A DNA stretch of 64,000 nt from positions 254,021-318,020 of the forward strand of contig CAVVMJ010000010.1 of assembly GCA_963749445.1 (NCBI GenBank), given 5' to 3'. The number at the start of each line of letters is the position of its first letter. Position 1 is the stretch's first letter. Shown here piece after piece: positions 1 to 9,826 of the stretch. A program made the position numbers and the translations under genes. The notes under the pieces were generated by a model, which ran no database searches, was not told where the DNA came from, and was given only the letters and a program-made list of their open reading frames with translations. The stretch is from an uncultured bacterium (GTDB lineage: Bacteria; Patescibacteriota; Doudnabacteria; UBA920).

Positions 1-157
1 ACGGCGGGCAAAGCCACTCACCTTAGTCGGCATCGCCCGACGAAGCTTCAGCGAAGTCGGGTCGGGGTGGAACACCCCGGAGCCCAAGCTCTCGAGAAAA
101 TATTCTTGATTATAAACCCATTAATTAAATCCAATTTAATCTTACCCAATCAATTTT

Positions 158-1849
158 ATGCCGCATAAAATCCTCGCCTATCTCAAACAGCATAAAGTCA
201 GAATGATAATTATTGCCGTTATCGTCATCGCCCTGGGCTATTACTGGTACCGGCAAACGCACACCGCCGCCAAGTCCGTGCAATACATTACCGCCCCAGC
301 GCAAACCGACACCGTCATCGCCTCGGTTACGGGCACCGGCCAGGTGGCGGCTTCCAACCAGCTGGACATCAAGCCGCAAACCGACGGCCAGTTTACCAGC
401 GTCCCCGTCAAGTTAAACCAACAGGTTAAAAAAGGCGATGTTTTGGGAATTATAGACCAGCAATCGGCAGCCAATACCGTGGCCCAGGCCCAGGCCAATT
501 TGCAGCAGGCCCAGGCCAACTACGACAAGCTGATGGCCGGCGCCACGCAAAACGCCATTGATACGCAAAAACTCGCAATCTTGTCGGCCCAACAGGCGCT
601 GGATCAGGATAAAACGAATTACAGCAATGTCGTGGCCCAGCAGCAATTAAGCGTAAGCAAGGCTTCTTCCACCCTGCTCAGCTCCAATTTGTTGGCGGCC
701 CCGAGCGACACGCAAAGCACCGGAACGATTACGGTGAGCGGCAGTTACAACGGCAATAATCAGGGGCAAATTACAATAACCGTATACAATTCCGGAGACG
801 GCCTGCATTACAGCGTTTCAGGTTTGGGCACCGCCGGAACCGGCCTAATCCAGACAGGGCTTGCCCAAAGCATCGGCGACGGTCTGTTCATTACTTTCGG
901 CACTACCGGCAGTTTCTCGGTTTCCACGACATGGACTATTAATATACCCAATACCAACTCGGCAAGCTACCTTAATAACCTCAACGCTTTTAACTCCGCG
1001 GTACAAGCACAAACGCAGGCGCTGGAAAACGCCCAAGCCAGCATTGTCTCCGACCAAAACGCCCTGGACAGGGCCAATCTTTCCCTGCAAAATATAATGC
1101 TGCCGCCGACCGGCGCGGACATTGCCTCGGCCAAAGCCCAAATCACTTCGGCCCAGGCCCAACTGGCTAACGCCCAGACCACTTACCAAAACACGGTGCT
1201 GCGCGCCCCGTTTGACGGCTCGGTCGCGACTCTGGCTTTCAACGTGGGCGACAAAATTACCGCGGGCACAACCTTTGCCACCATCATTACCAACCAGCAA
1301 ATGGCAAAGATTACCTTAAACGAAGTTGACGTGGCCAAAGTCCAGCTCGGCCAAAAAGCCACCATGACTTTTGACGCCATTGACGGTTTGCAAATGACCG
1401 GCCAAGTCGGGGAAGTTGACACTTTGGGCGCGGTGAGCCAGGGCGTGGTCACTTATGGGGTGCAAATCGTTATGGACACTACTGACCCCAGAATCAAGCC
1501 CGGCATGAGCGTCAGCGCTTCCATCATTACCAAAGTGGCGGCGGACGTTTTAACCGTTCCGAACGCCGCGGTCAAATCCAGTACGGCGGGCGGGAATTAC
1601 GTGCAGGTCTTGGTTAACGGCCAGCCGCAAAACAAAACCGTCACCATTGGCATTGCCGATGATACCAACACCCAAATCCTAAGCGGCATAAACGCCGGCG
1701 ACCAGGTGGTCACGCAAACCATAACCACGGGCGCGACCAGTTCCACTACGGGAACCGCCGCGCAGACCGGCACCAGTATTTTGGGCGGCCTTGGCGGCGG
1801 CGGCGCGGTTAGAGCCATCAGCGGCGGCGGCGGCGCGCCAGGACGATAG
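158..1849 (+). CDS. HlyD-family membrane fusion (periplasmic adaptor) protein of a MacAB-like efflux pump. It has an N-terminal TM, coiled coil, a beta-rich insertion and a Gly-rich C-terminal tail
   Basis: 563-aa ORF. N-terminal TM then coiled-coil repeats (AQAQANLQQAQANYDKL). The C-terminal beta-barrel/MPD region resembles MacA/HlyD. It sits directly upstream of an ABC ATPase and an FtsX-type permease. Paralogous to 13734..15269. Confidence 0.75.
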   Translation: MPHKILAYLKQHKVRMIIIAVIVIALGYYWYRQTHTAAKSVQYITAPAQTDTVIASVTGTGQVAASNQLDIKPQTDGQFTSVPVKLNQQVKKGDVLGIIDQQSAANTVAQAQANLQQAQANYDKLMAGATQNAIDTQKLAILSAQQALDQDKTNYSNVVAQQQLSVSKASSTLLSSNLLAAPSDTQSTGTITVSGSYNGNNQGQITITVYNSGDGLHYSVSGLGTAGTGLIQTGLAQSIGDGLFITFGTTGSFSVSTTWTINIPNTNSASYLNNLNAFNSAVQAQTQALENAQASIVSDQNALDRANLSLQNIMLPPTGADIASAKAQITSAQAQLANAQTTYQNTVLRAPFDGSVATLAFNVGDKITAGTTFATIITNQQMAKITLNEVDVAKVQLGQKATMTFDAIDGLQMTGQVGEVDTLGAVSQGVVTYGVQIVMDTTDPRIKPGMSVSASIITKVAADVLTVPNAAVKSSTAGGNYVQVLVNGQPQNKTVTIGIADDTNTQILSGINAGDQVVTQTITTGATSSTTGTAAQTGTSILGGLGGGGAVRAISGGGGAPGR

Positions 1850-1912
1850 CCGATCATCTAACAATTTAACAATAAAACAATATAACAATTGTTAGATTGC
1901 TAAATTGTTCAA

Positions 1913-2640
1913 TTGTTTAACATTACCATTATGATAGAGTGTAAAAATATCTCTAAATCCTACTTTAGCGGCGATTTGGAAACCCAAGTTTTGCGCGATG
2001 TATCCTTTTCCATCAACGACGGCGAATTCGTGGCCATTATGGGCCCGTCCGGCAGCGGCAAGTCCACGCTCATGCACATTTTGGGCGCGCTGGACACGCC
2101 GACTCCGGCAAATATTTTTTGGACGGGCAAGACGTGTCGCAAATGAGCGACGATGAGCTGGCCGCCATTCGCCGCAAAAAAATCGGTTTTGTGTTCCAAG
2201 CGTTTAATTTGCTGGCTCGCGCTACGGTAGTCCGCAACGCCGCCCTGCCTTTGGTTTACGCGGAAGTCCCGAAAAACGAACGCGAAGAGCTGGCCAAAAA
2301 AGCGCTGCGGCAAACCGGACTGGACGAATCGCGGTTTTATCACTTATCCAACCAGCTGTCCGGCGGGCAGATGCAGCGCGTGGCCATTGCCCGCTCTTTA
2401 GTCAACGACCCCGCTTTGTTGTTAGCGGATGAGCCCACCGGCAACCTGGACACCCACACCGGCGAAATCGTACTGTCCACTTTCCAGTCGCTCAACAGGC
2501 AAGGCCGGACAATTATTTTAATTACCCACGAACACGACGTAGCCATGCACGCGCAGCGCATTATCCACATCCGCGACGGCCAAATTTTAAGCGACGAAAT
2601 TAATCGGCAACAAGTTTTGGCAAAAATTTCAAAAGAATAA
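1913..2640 (+). pseudogene. ABC transporter ATP-binding protein (MacB/LolD-like), interrupted by a -1 frameshift near 2100-2125
   Basis: ORF 1913..2146 carries Walker A (GPSGSGKST). ORF 2119..2640 in another frame carries the Q-loop, the LSGGQ signature, Walker B (LLLADEPTGNLD) and the H-loop. Restoring one T in the run at about 2103-2120 gives a continuous MacB-like ...[23 protein letters not shown]... Confidence 0.8.
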
Positions 2641-2763
2641 TAATTAAAAACTAAACTCTAAACACTAAATTCTAAACAAACTTTCAAAATATAAAATATA
2701 AACCGTTTAAAATTTTAGGGTTTGGATATTTAGGTTTTAGGGTTTAGTTTTTAGATTTTCTAT

Positions 2764-4002
2764 ATGAAAACATCGGATATATTCGAAGAGTCCTACAGCG
2801 CCCTAACCGTAAACAAAGTCCGGACGTCTTTGACCATGCTCGGCATTATTATCGGCATCGGCAGCGTCATTGCCATGGTGGCCGTGGGCCAGGGCGCGCA
2901 GGCTACGATTGCGGCCAACATTGCCTCCATCGGGTCCAATTTGATTATTGTTTCCCCGGGCGCCCAGCGCGGCCCGGGCGTTACCGTCAGCGCGGGCTTG
3001 GGCAGTTCCCAAAGCCTGACCATGGCCGACGAGCAGGCCGTGGCCCAGCAGGTTACCCTGGCCCAGGCTGTAGATCCGGAACTTTCCAAGCGTTACCAGG
3101 TTACGGCCAAAGGCACCAACACCAACACTACTGTCTTAGGCACGGACCAAAACTATCCCACGGTCAGGAATTTGACCATTGACACCGGCTCGTTCATCAC
3201 CGCCCAGGAAGTCACCGATTTGGCCAAAGTCGCAGTGCTCGGGCCGACCACGCGGGATGACCTGTTCGGCGTCGGAGCCAGCGCCATTGGCCAAACTATA
3301 AAAATTAACTCCATTGAATTCAAAGTCATCGGCATAACCACGGCCAAAGGCGGCAGCGGATTTACCAACCAGGATGACAGGATTTACATTCCCATTTCCG
3401 TATCCCAGCACTATTTAACCGGCCCCAACGCCGATGGGCAGCCGTATGTGAGCAACATCGCTGTTTCCGCCCAAAGCGCCAACGATATGTCTACCGTGCA
3501 ACAGGAAGTTACGGATGTCCTGCTGCAGCGCCACAAAATTTCTGATCCTACGCAGGCGGACTTTACCGTCCAAAACCAAGCGGACATTGTCTCGGCCGCT
3601 TCCTCGGTCACCGGCACGTTCACGTTATTGTTGGCCTCGATCGCGGGCATTTCCCTGGTGGTCGGCGGCATCGGCATTATGAACATGATGTTAACTACGG
3701 TAACGGAACGCACGCGCGAAATCGGTTTGCGCAAAGCCATTGGCGCCACGCGCAGCGACATTAATTTACAATTTTTGACCGAAGCGATTTTGCTCACCTT
3801 CATTGGCGGGACCATCGGCATCCTGTTCGGCTGGCTATTGGCTTTTTTGCTGTCGCACTTCGCGGGCACGACCACTTCGGTTTCCACCTCATCAATACTG
3901 TTGGCCTTTGGCGTTTCCGCGGGCATCGGTTTGGTATTCGGTTATTATCCGGCCCGCCGCGCTTCCAAATTAAATCCGATAGAGGCTTTAAGATTTGAGT
4001 AA
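2764..4002 (+). CDS. ABC transporter permease, MacB/FtsX family
   Basis: 412 aa. N-terminal TM, a large periplasmic domain, then three C-terminal TM helices with the FtsX-like motif (GIMNMMLTTVTERTREIGLRKAIGA). Operonic with the ATPase and MFP. Confidence 0.85.
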   Translation: MKTSDIFEESYSALTVNKVRTSLTMLGIIIGIGSVIAMVAVGQGAQATIAANIASIGSNLIIVSPGAQRGPGVTVSAGLGSSQSLTMADEQAVAQQVTLAQAVDPELSKRYQVTAKGTNTNTTVLGTDQNYPTVRNLTIDTGSFITAQEVTDLAKVAVLGPTTRDDLFGVGASAIGQTIKINSIEFKVIGITTAKGGSGFTNQDDRIYIPISVSQHYLTGPNADGQPYVSNIAVSAQSANDMSTVQQEVTDVLLQRHKISDPTQADFTVQNQADIVSAASSVTGTFTLLLASIAGISLVVGGIGIMNMMLTTVTERTREIGLRKAIGATRSDINLQFLTEAILLTFIGGTIGILFGWLLAFLLSHFAGTTTSVSTSSILLAFGVSAGIGLVFGYYPARRASKLNPIEALRFE

Positions 4003-4005
4003 AAA

Positions 4006-4106
4006 ATTGATGGGCATCTTCGTGAATCCACAAAGTTCGCGCGATAATTATCAGTTGTTAAAAAAATATAATTTGCCTTCAAATAACCACTAAGATGCCC
4101 ATCGAG
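4006..4106. repeat. TIR-element copy D1: about 100-bp intergenic element with imperfect 19-bp terminal inverted repeats (TTGATGGGCATCTTCGTG ... CTAAGATGCCCATCGA)
   Basis: The termini are mutually reverse-complementary, and the same termini recur at 8321, 15276, 31106 and 34990. Confidence 0.7.
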
Positions 4107-4218
4107 TCCGGAAGTCCTAAATTGGGGGATAAAGTTTAGGCTGAGGGCGGGATTATCCGACTTAAGCGGAGAAAGAGCGTCCTGGCCTAGCCCTTGTCCC
4201 CCAAAGCGCCATAAATGT

Positions 4219-4256
4219 GATCGCTTTTTTGACGGCCGTCAAAAAAGCGATCACTC
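4219..4256. promoter_or_regulatory. 38-bp perfect palindrome GTGATCGCTTTTTTGACGGCCGTCAAAAAAGCGATCAC. It may be an operator, or a bidirectional terminator
   Basis: The perfect dyad can be read directly. It shares the core TGACGGCCGTCA with the palindrome at 29023..29058. Confidence 0.5.
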
Positions 4257-4304
4257 AATAAATTATCAATCTATATTAACATTAAAGTAAGAAAGGATAA
4301 TAAG

Positions 4305-4772
4305 ATGAACAAGCAAACCATAATCATGGTTGTAGTAGCAGTAGTGTTCGCAGCCGCCGGATTTTTTGGCGGCTACAAGTACAGCCAGGGTAAAGCGCCC
4401 AAAGCCGGGGCCGCGCGTTCAGGCGCTTTTGCGGGCGGAGCAGGCGGCGCGGCAGGCGCCCGCAGGTTCGGCACGGGAAACGATTTTGTAAACGGCACGA
4501 TTTTGTCCAATGACAACGGCCAGCTAACCGTGCAGATGCGCGCCCTGCCCGGCTCTGCCACTTCCACCAGCAGCGGCTCCAAAATTGTTATCTTAAGCGC
4601 CAACACCCAAATTTTCAAAGCCGTAGCGGGCACGCCGGCCGATTTGAGCGTGGGCCAAAGCGTCACGGCCACGGGCGTGGACAATTCCTCCGGCGCCATG
4701 ACCGCGCAAACCATCCAAATCAGCCAAACTCCCCCCGCCGGCCAAGGCACTCCACCCCCGCCGGGACAATAA
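4305..4772 (+). CDS. hypothetical small secreted or membrane-anchored protein (Gly-rich linker, beta-rich C-terminal domain)
   Basis: 155-aa ORF with an N-terminal TM helix, a GGAGGAAG low-complexity segment and a Pro-rich C-terminus. Confidence 0.5.
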   Translation: MNKQTIIMVVVAVVFAAAGFFGGYKYSQGKAPKAGAARSGAFAGGAGGAAGARRFGTGNDFVNGTILSNDNGQLTVQMRALPGSATSTSSGSKIVILSANTQIFKAVAGTPADLSVGQSVTATGVDNSSGAMTAQTIQISQTPPAGQGTPPPPGQ

Positions 4773-4963
4773 ATCACTTTAATGTATTTCCATTTCGACC
4801 TTAAGCTTACCGAGAAGGAGAAATCTATTTATTAACAGATCTCTCCTCGGCTGCACTCGTCGAGATGGACACAATTTCAAAGGCTCGCCATCCATCGGAC
4901 GGTGAGCCTTTAAACTGTCCGCTTCCAAAGTATATACTTGGGTATATACTTTGATATATATTT

Positions 4964-5440
4964 TTATTTTTTTACAATTTGATAATACACCTCCTGGCCG
5001 CGCTCCCCCACCCGGGACAGCTTTCCCAAATTTACCAGATACTCCAAATACCTAGCGGCCGCGGCGTCAGAAATTTTAAGCGCCCGTTGCACATCACCGG
5101 CGGCCAGACGATTATTGCCTTGCGCCAGCGCCAATATCCTGTCCAAATTTTCCCTGCGCTTTGCTATCTGCTCCGGACTTAATAAATTCCCCGATGTGTC
5201 ATCCCCTCGCCCGCGGGAATTTTTTATTATCTGATAAATCCCAAACACGGCCAAAACCACCGCAGCCAAAATCGCCGCTGTTTTTGCGTTCCACATCGCG
5301 CCGAACAAAAGTATCAACGCGATAGCTATGGCAATCATTCCCAAAGTTTTACTACCCATAAAATTTAACCCAATGTCTTTATATTTTACACCTTTTGACA
5401 AAAACAGTGCAATAAAAAATAGCTTAAAGGTTGCGCCCAA
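4964..5440 (-). CDS. membrane-anchored protein with a C-terminal winged-helix-like domain, possibly a regulator paired with the divergent ECF sigma factor
   Basis: 158 aa. Two N-terminal TM helices, then a helical C-terminus (DVQRALKISDAAAARYLEYLVNLGKL). Divergently placed from the sigma-70/ECF gene. Same architecture as 32917..33300. Confidence 0.45.
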   Translation of the reverse strand: MGATFKLFFIALFLSKGVKYKDIGLNFMGSKTLGMIAIAIALILLFGAMWNAKTAAILAAVVLAVFGIYQIIKNSRGRGDDTSGNLLSPEQIAKRRENLDRILALAQGNNRLAAGDVQRALKISDAAAARYLEYLVNLGKLSRVGERGQEVYYQIVKK

Positions 5441-5487
5441 GCTGAAAAAGGCGTAAGATTTATATTGTAAATTAACTATTTCACTCT

Positions 5488-6141
5488 ATGAAAACAGAAA
5501 GCTCGCAAACTCCAGAAACGGCTTTTAACGAGGGCAACGGGAGCGGCTCGACAGAACAAGAGGCGCCGCCTTTGGCCAATAAAGAGTGCAGCGAACAGGA
5601 AATAATCCAGGCCTTAGCCGGCGTGGAAGCTAAAACCAGAAGACTACTGATAAAAATGCTAAAGAAACCCGATGAGGTTGACGATGCTTGGCAAGAAATA
5701 TCAGAACGAATATGGCAAGCTTTATCCGAAGCCAAGTTCAGGGGAGAGTCAACTTTTGACAGCTGGGTTTACCGTATTGCAACAAATGAGGCGAACAGCC
5801 GCCTGAAAAACAAAAAGAATAACCCTCTGCATTATGCCAGTGGGGAAGGTACGATCGATGAACCTCGGGATCACGGCCCAAACCCGGAAGAATTACTACG
5901 GCAAAAACAATTAACCGAACAAATAGCCCGTGTTATGCGAGTTTTGTCGGAAAGAGACCAAAATATTTTATTGCTGAGGGACAGAGACAATCTGCCTGTA
6001 CAAAAAATCGCTGACATTTACGGTTACGGGTTATCAAACACAAAAACATTAATACATAGGGCAAGGAAAAGATTCAGAAAAGAATTTACGCGGCAACAAC
6101 TAATTGACAATCGCGGTCACCCCGGGAAAAATCCTGAATAA
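5488..6141 (+). CDS. RNA polymerase sigma factor, sigma-70 ECF subfamily, with an acidic N-terminal extension
   Basis: Region 2 (WVYRIATNEANSRL) and region 4 HTH (LRDRDNLPVQKIADIYGYGLSNTKTLIHRARKRF) are recognisable. Confidence 0.8.
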   Translation: MKTESSQTPETAFNEGNGSGSTEQEAPPLANKECSEQEIIQALAGVEAKTRRLLIKMLKKPDEVDDAWQEISERIWQALSEAKFRGESTFDSWVYRIATNEANSRLKNKKNNPLHYASGEGTIDEPRDHGPNPEELLRQKQLTEQIARVMRVLSERDQNILLLRDRDNLPVQKIADIYGYGLSNTKTLIHRARKRFRKEFTRQQLIDNRGHPGKNPE

Positions 6142-6200
6142 AAATCATGGTCGGCAAATAACCGTTCGCCCACCGGAAATTTTTATGGTATAATCACAAC

Positions 6201-6785
6201 ATGTCGTGGTACCAACAACTGCTGGGTTTCGTGAGTTTTTCCCGCTACGCGATTGTGTTTGTCGGCTGCATCGTGGAAGGGCCGATTGTCATGATCACCA
6301 GCGGCTTTTTATTGCGCGCCGCCCAGTTCCAAATTTTACCGCTTTACCTTTCGCTGATGGCCGGGGATTTTACGGCCGACCTGGGCTGGTATGCGGTCGG
6401 CCGCTTCGGCGCCCGCACTTTGATCGACCGTTTTGGGCATTACTTTAACCTCACGCCGCTGATCATTACCAAAGTTGAACATCGTTTTAAAAGATACCAG
6501 GACAAAATATTGTTCATTTCCAAAATCACCATGGGCTTTGGCTTTGCCCTGGCCACGCTCATAGTTGCCGGCATGCTGCACGTGCCATTTAAGCGCTACG
6601 CGGCGCTGAACTTTTTGGGCGGCTTTATTTGGACGGCATTTTTAATGCTGTTGGGCTTCTTTTTCGGCAATGTCTATTACATGCTAGCAGGCCCGCTACG
6701 CGCGATTTTTGTGGCGCTGTTAATAATTGTGGTAATTTATGGTTTATGGGCGATTAATCGATATTTAATAAAACAAGAACTATGA
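6201..6785 (+). CDS. DedA/SNARE-associated (TVP38/TMEM64) family membrane protein
   Basis: 194-aa polytopic membrane protein with the DedA-like core (GCIVEGPIVMITSGFLL ... KITMGFGFA). Confidence 0.7.
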   Translation: MSWYQQLLGFVSFSRYAIVFVGCIVEGPIVMITSGFLLRAAQFQILPLYLSLMAGDFTADLGWYAVGRFGARTLIDRFGHYFNLTPLIITKVEHRFKRYQDKILFISKITMGFGFALATLIVAGMLHVPFKRYAALNFLGGFIWTAFLMLLGFFFGNVYYMLAGPLRAIFVALLIIVVIYGLWAINRYLIKQEL

Positions 6786-6792
6786 CGATTTT

Positions 6793-7518
6793 ATGATATC
6801 CTTCATCATTCCAACGCTCAACGAAGAGAAAGTTATAGAAAAGCTGCTGCGCAACCTACGGGAAATTACCACTCTCGATTATGAAATTATTGTCAGCGAC
6901 GGTAAAAGCACCGACAAGACAGTGGAAATAGCCAAAAAACTGGCCGATAAAGTTGTGGAAAACACTTCCGGCCAACGCCAGACCATTGGCCAAGGTCGAA
7001 ATGAGGGGGCCAAGGTTGCCTCCGGTGATCTGCTGATTTTTTTGGATGCCGATGTCCAGGTTCCCGAACCCAATGCGTTTTTTAGCCGCGCACTGGAACA
7101 TTTTAAAAAGGATCCGCAATTATTTGGCCTAAGCGGATGGGTCAGGGTGTTTCCCGAAATCGAAACCTGGGCCGATATTTTTGGCTACGTTATTGTATCG
7201 GACTGCATGTTTTATTTGCTGAACAATATTTTCCACCACGGCTCAACCTGCGGCGAACTTCAAATCATAAAAACCGAAGTGTTTAAAAAGGTTAACGGCT
7301 TCCGGGAAGAATTAGTCGCCGGCGAAGATAAAGATTTGTTCTACCGCATATCCAGACTCGGGCACACCCGGACCGACCCTAAACTTTTAATCTACCATAC
7401 CGGACGGCGGCCCCGGGCAATCGGCTGGCCAAGACTGCTTTGGCAATGGAGCCGCGATACCTTTCACGTGGCAGTCCTGAACAAATCGCACAGCAAGGAA
7501 TGGACGGTAATCCGTTAA
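6793..7518 (+). CDS. glycosyltransferase family 2
   Basis: N-terminal GT-A fold (IIPTLNEEKVIEKLL, DGKSTDKT, the LIFLDADV DxD motif). Confidence 0.8.
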   Translation: MISFIIPTLNEEKVIEKLLRNLREITTLDYEIIVSDGKSTDKTVEIAKKLADKVVENTSGQRQTIGQGRNEGAKVASGDLLIFLDADVQVPEPNAFFSRALEHFKKDPQLFGLSGWVRVFPEIETWADIFGYVIVSDCMFYLLNNIFHHGSTCGELQIIKTEVFKKVNGFREELVAGEDKDLFYRISRLGHTRTDPKLLIYHTGRRPRAIGWPRLLWQWSRDTFHVAVLNKSHSKEWTVIR

Positions 7519-7545
7519 AAAATATTTAAATACGCACGGATGTTT

Positions 7546-7600
7546 AGTGTCAAGGGTCACCCTTGACACAAAGGGTCACCCTTGACACAACTTGACACAA
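7546..7600. promoter_or_regulatory. operator-like repeat cluster: a 21-bp dyad TGTCAAGGG-TCA-CCCTTGACA plus three direct TTGACACAA repeats, immediately upstream of the M23 peptidase gene
   Basis: Read directly: gtgtcaagggtcacccttgacacaaagggtcacccttgacacaacttgacacaa. Confidence 0.5.
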
Positions 7601-8263
7601 TTCCAAATTATGCCAAAAAAATATTTGTTGCTGGCGATATTGCTCGCCGCGGCGGGGTGCGGCAAAACGATTTTGCCGATGAACAATCCGCCGGCCTCTC
7701 CATCGTCTACGCCGCAAACAGTGCAGCAGGCGACGACTACTGATAAGTCTCCGATGCCCCAGCCGACAATCACAGAGCCGATAAGCGGCGGTGTTTCGCG
7801 CGTGACCAAAAAACCGTTTGGCATTTACGTTACGCCGCAAAATTCGCCGGTAAGTCCGGAAAAATTTACCGGCTTTCACACAGGCATTGATTTTGAAACC
7901 ACGCCCACAGAGCAAAATATTGACGTAGCCGTTTACGCGATTTGCGACGGAAAACTGCTGATGAAAAAGTACGCAACAGGCTACGGCGGCGTGGCTGTGG
8001 AAAGTTGCACGATTGATAAAAATCCGGTAACAGTAATTTACGGCCATCTGCGCGAGTCAAGCATTAGCCCAAACATCGGACAAACGCTGACCGCCGGACA
8101 GCAAATCGCCGTGCTCGGCACCGGCTACAGCAGCGAGACCGACGGCGAGCGCAAACATTTGCATTTAGGCATCCATAAAGGCACAGACATTAACATTTTG
8201 GGTTACGTGCAAAAACAATCAGACCTGGCCGCTTGGATAGACCCGTTATTAGTGCTAAAATGA
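7592..8263 (+). CDS. M23-family metallopeptidase (lipoprotein signal, LytM-like)
   Basis: Lipobox-like N-terminus (LLAAAGCGK). M23 motifs HTGIDF and HLHLGIHKGTD. Confidence 0.75.
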   Translation: MTQFQIMPKKYLLLAILLAAAGCGKTILPMNNPPASPSSTPQTVQQATTTDKSPMPQPTITEPISGGVSRVTKKPFGIYVTPQNSPVSPEKFTGFHTGIDFETTPTEQNIDVAVYAICDGKLLMKKYATGYGGVAVESCTIDKNPVTVIYGHLRESSISPNIGQTLTAGQQIAVLGTGYSSETDGERKHLHLGIHKGTDINILGYVQKQSDLAAWIDPLLVLK

Positions 8264-8320
8264 TTTATGGATGGGTGCGCCAAATTGGACGCGCGAGTCG
8301 TACTAAACATAGACGCTTAA

Positions 8321-8422
8321 GTTGATGGGAATCTTCGTGAATGTTTTACCGCCGGCCGATTTTTGTCGGCAGCGGGATAATTACCATCAGCGGTAATACC
8401 AGCAAGAAGATTCCCATCAAAC
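8321..8422. repeat. TIR-element copy D2 (GTTGATGGGAATCTTCGTG ... AAGAAGATTCCCATCAAAC)
   Basis: Terminal inverted repeats with a compensatory change (GGGAATCTT / AAGATTCCC) relative to the other copies. Confidence 0.7.
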
Positions 8423-8475
8423 TGCCAGGAAACCAACCGCTTAAATCAAAAATCAATTAAAATTAACCAAAATTT

Positions 8476-9768
8476 ATGAACAACAATATGTCCCGCAAAG
8501 CGGGATCCGGCTCCGCCGGAAAAAAATACCTCCTTAGCTCCGCGGCGATAATATTCGCCATTTTTGGATTAACCCTAACCGCTTATGCCGCGCCTTTGGC
8601 CAACAGCGCCAAAGTCACGGGCCCAAACACCATTGTGATCACTTATTCCGTGCCGGTTAACACCAGTTTCGGCGACTACAGCAACTTAACCGGCCAGCTG
8701 GCCGGGCGGTCTTTGACCAACTTAAGCGGCAACGGCACCAACACAATTACCCTGACCTTTAGCGGCTCGGCGTTTGCGGCCGATGCCCACGGCGCCATGT
8801 CCGTGGCCAGCACCACCGTGGCCACCGCGGACAATTCCCCTTATACCAACGGCGACATTACCGTAACCGACGGGCAGAACCCGCAGTTCAGCACTTTTGG
8901 CGTTAACGTTTCTTCCAACAGCTCCGGCGCCAACTTGCCCAAAGTCGGCGACACCGTAACTTTAACCTTTACCACCAACGAATCCATTGCCCAGCCTTTA
9001 ATTACTTTGGATGGGCACGCTCTATATCCCAGCGGCACCGGCACCGGCCCGTTTACCCTGACTTATACTTTAGTCAGCGGCGATCCTTTGGGCGCAGTGC
9101 CCTTTAGTTTTAATTTGACCGATTTAACCGGCAATGCCGTACCCATCCAAGGCACGCTGAATTTGACCGGAACTTCCGCGACGGCCGCGCCAACCACAAC
9201 CGCCCCGTCCACTACCGCGACCGCTTCAACCACCGGCCCGGTAATTACCCAAACTACGCCCGTGCCAGACCTTTCCGCCACGGCCACGCCGGTTTACGTT
9301 TTTACCTCCACCGAAGCCGGCACCCTAAACCTTAGCGGCGATTGCAAAAGCTCGCAAACCACGGCGACTGCCGGCATCAACAGCGTTACCTTTACCGCCC
9401 TGGCGGACGGCGCGCACAATAACTGCGTCATCACCCTGACCGATGCGTCCGGCCTAACGAGCAACACAATTTTTATTCCGGCTTTCACGGTCAACACCTC
9501 CGGCGCCGCCGCAACTCCGACCGCAGCCGCACCGGCAACTTTGCAAAGCGACGGTTTTAAATTCACCAAATTCCTTCAGGAAGGAATGACCTCAAACGAC
9601 GTGCTGGAACTGCAACAACGCTTGGCTGCGGAAGGATTTTCACCGGCCCGGTCACCGGTAAATTCGGCGCCATCACTTTAGGCGCGGTCAAAGCCTACCA
9701 AAAAGCCCACGGCATTGACCAAAAAGGCTGGGTCGGCCCCGCCACCCGCGCCGCGCTGAATAAATAGC
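8476..9768 (+). pseudogene. secreted cell-surface protein with Thr-rich repeats and a C-terminal peptidoglycan-binding (PG_binding_1) domain. A -1 frameshift near 9640 truncates the PGB domain
   Basis: Signal peptide plus a long Thr/Ala-rich region. After the ORF stop at 9681, the PGB consensus (GKFGAITLGAVKAYQKAHGIDQKGWVGPATRAALNK) continues in another frame up to 9768. The T4 run in ggattttcacc is one T short of giving EGFFTGPVTGKFG. Confidence 0.6.
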
Positions 9769-9783
9769 AATTGATGAGTATTA

Positions 9784-9822
9784 AAAACCTCTTTCCGGTG
9801 ACTGGCGGGGAGAGGTTTTTTG
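9784..9822. terminator. bidirectional rho-independent terminator between convergent genes
   Basis: aaaacctctttccggtgactggcggggagaggtttttt: a GC stem flanked by A and T runs. Confidence 0.6.
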
Positions 9823-9826
9823 ATGT

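Noticed and set aside
845-1300. Antisense ORFs overlapping strong CDSs (for example 845..1300-, 3411..3926-, 31460..32038-, 37452..37925-, 50340..50846+, 55636..56163-)
   Set aside because: These are shadow ORFs within well-supported genes on the opposite strand (high-GC third positions), with no independent homology signal.
2700-2760. TTAGGG telomere-like repeats
   Set aside because: Only 3-4 imperfect units, arranged as an inverted repeat inside a bacterial operon spacer. They are not a terminal telomeric array.
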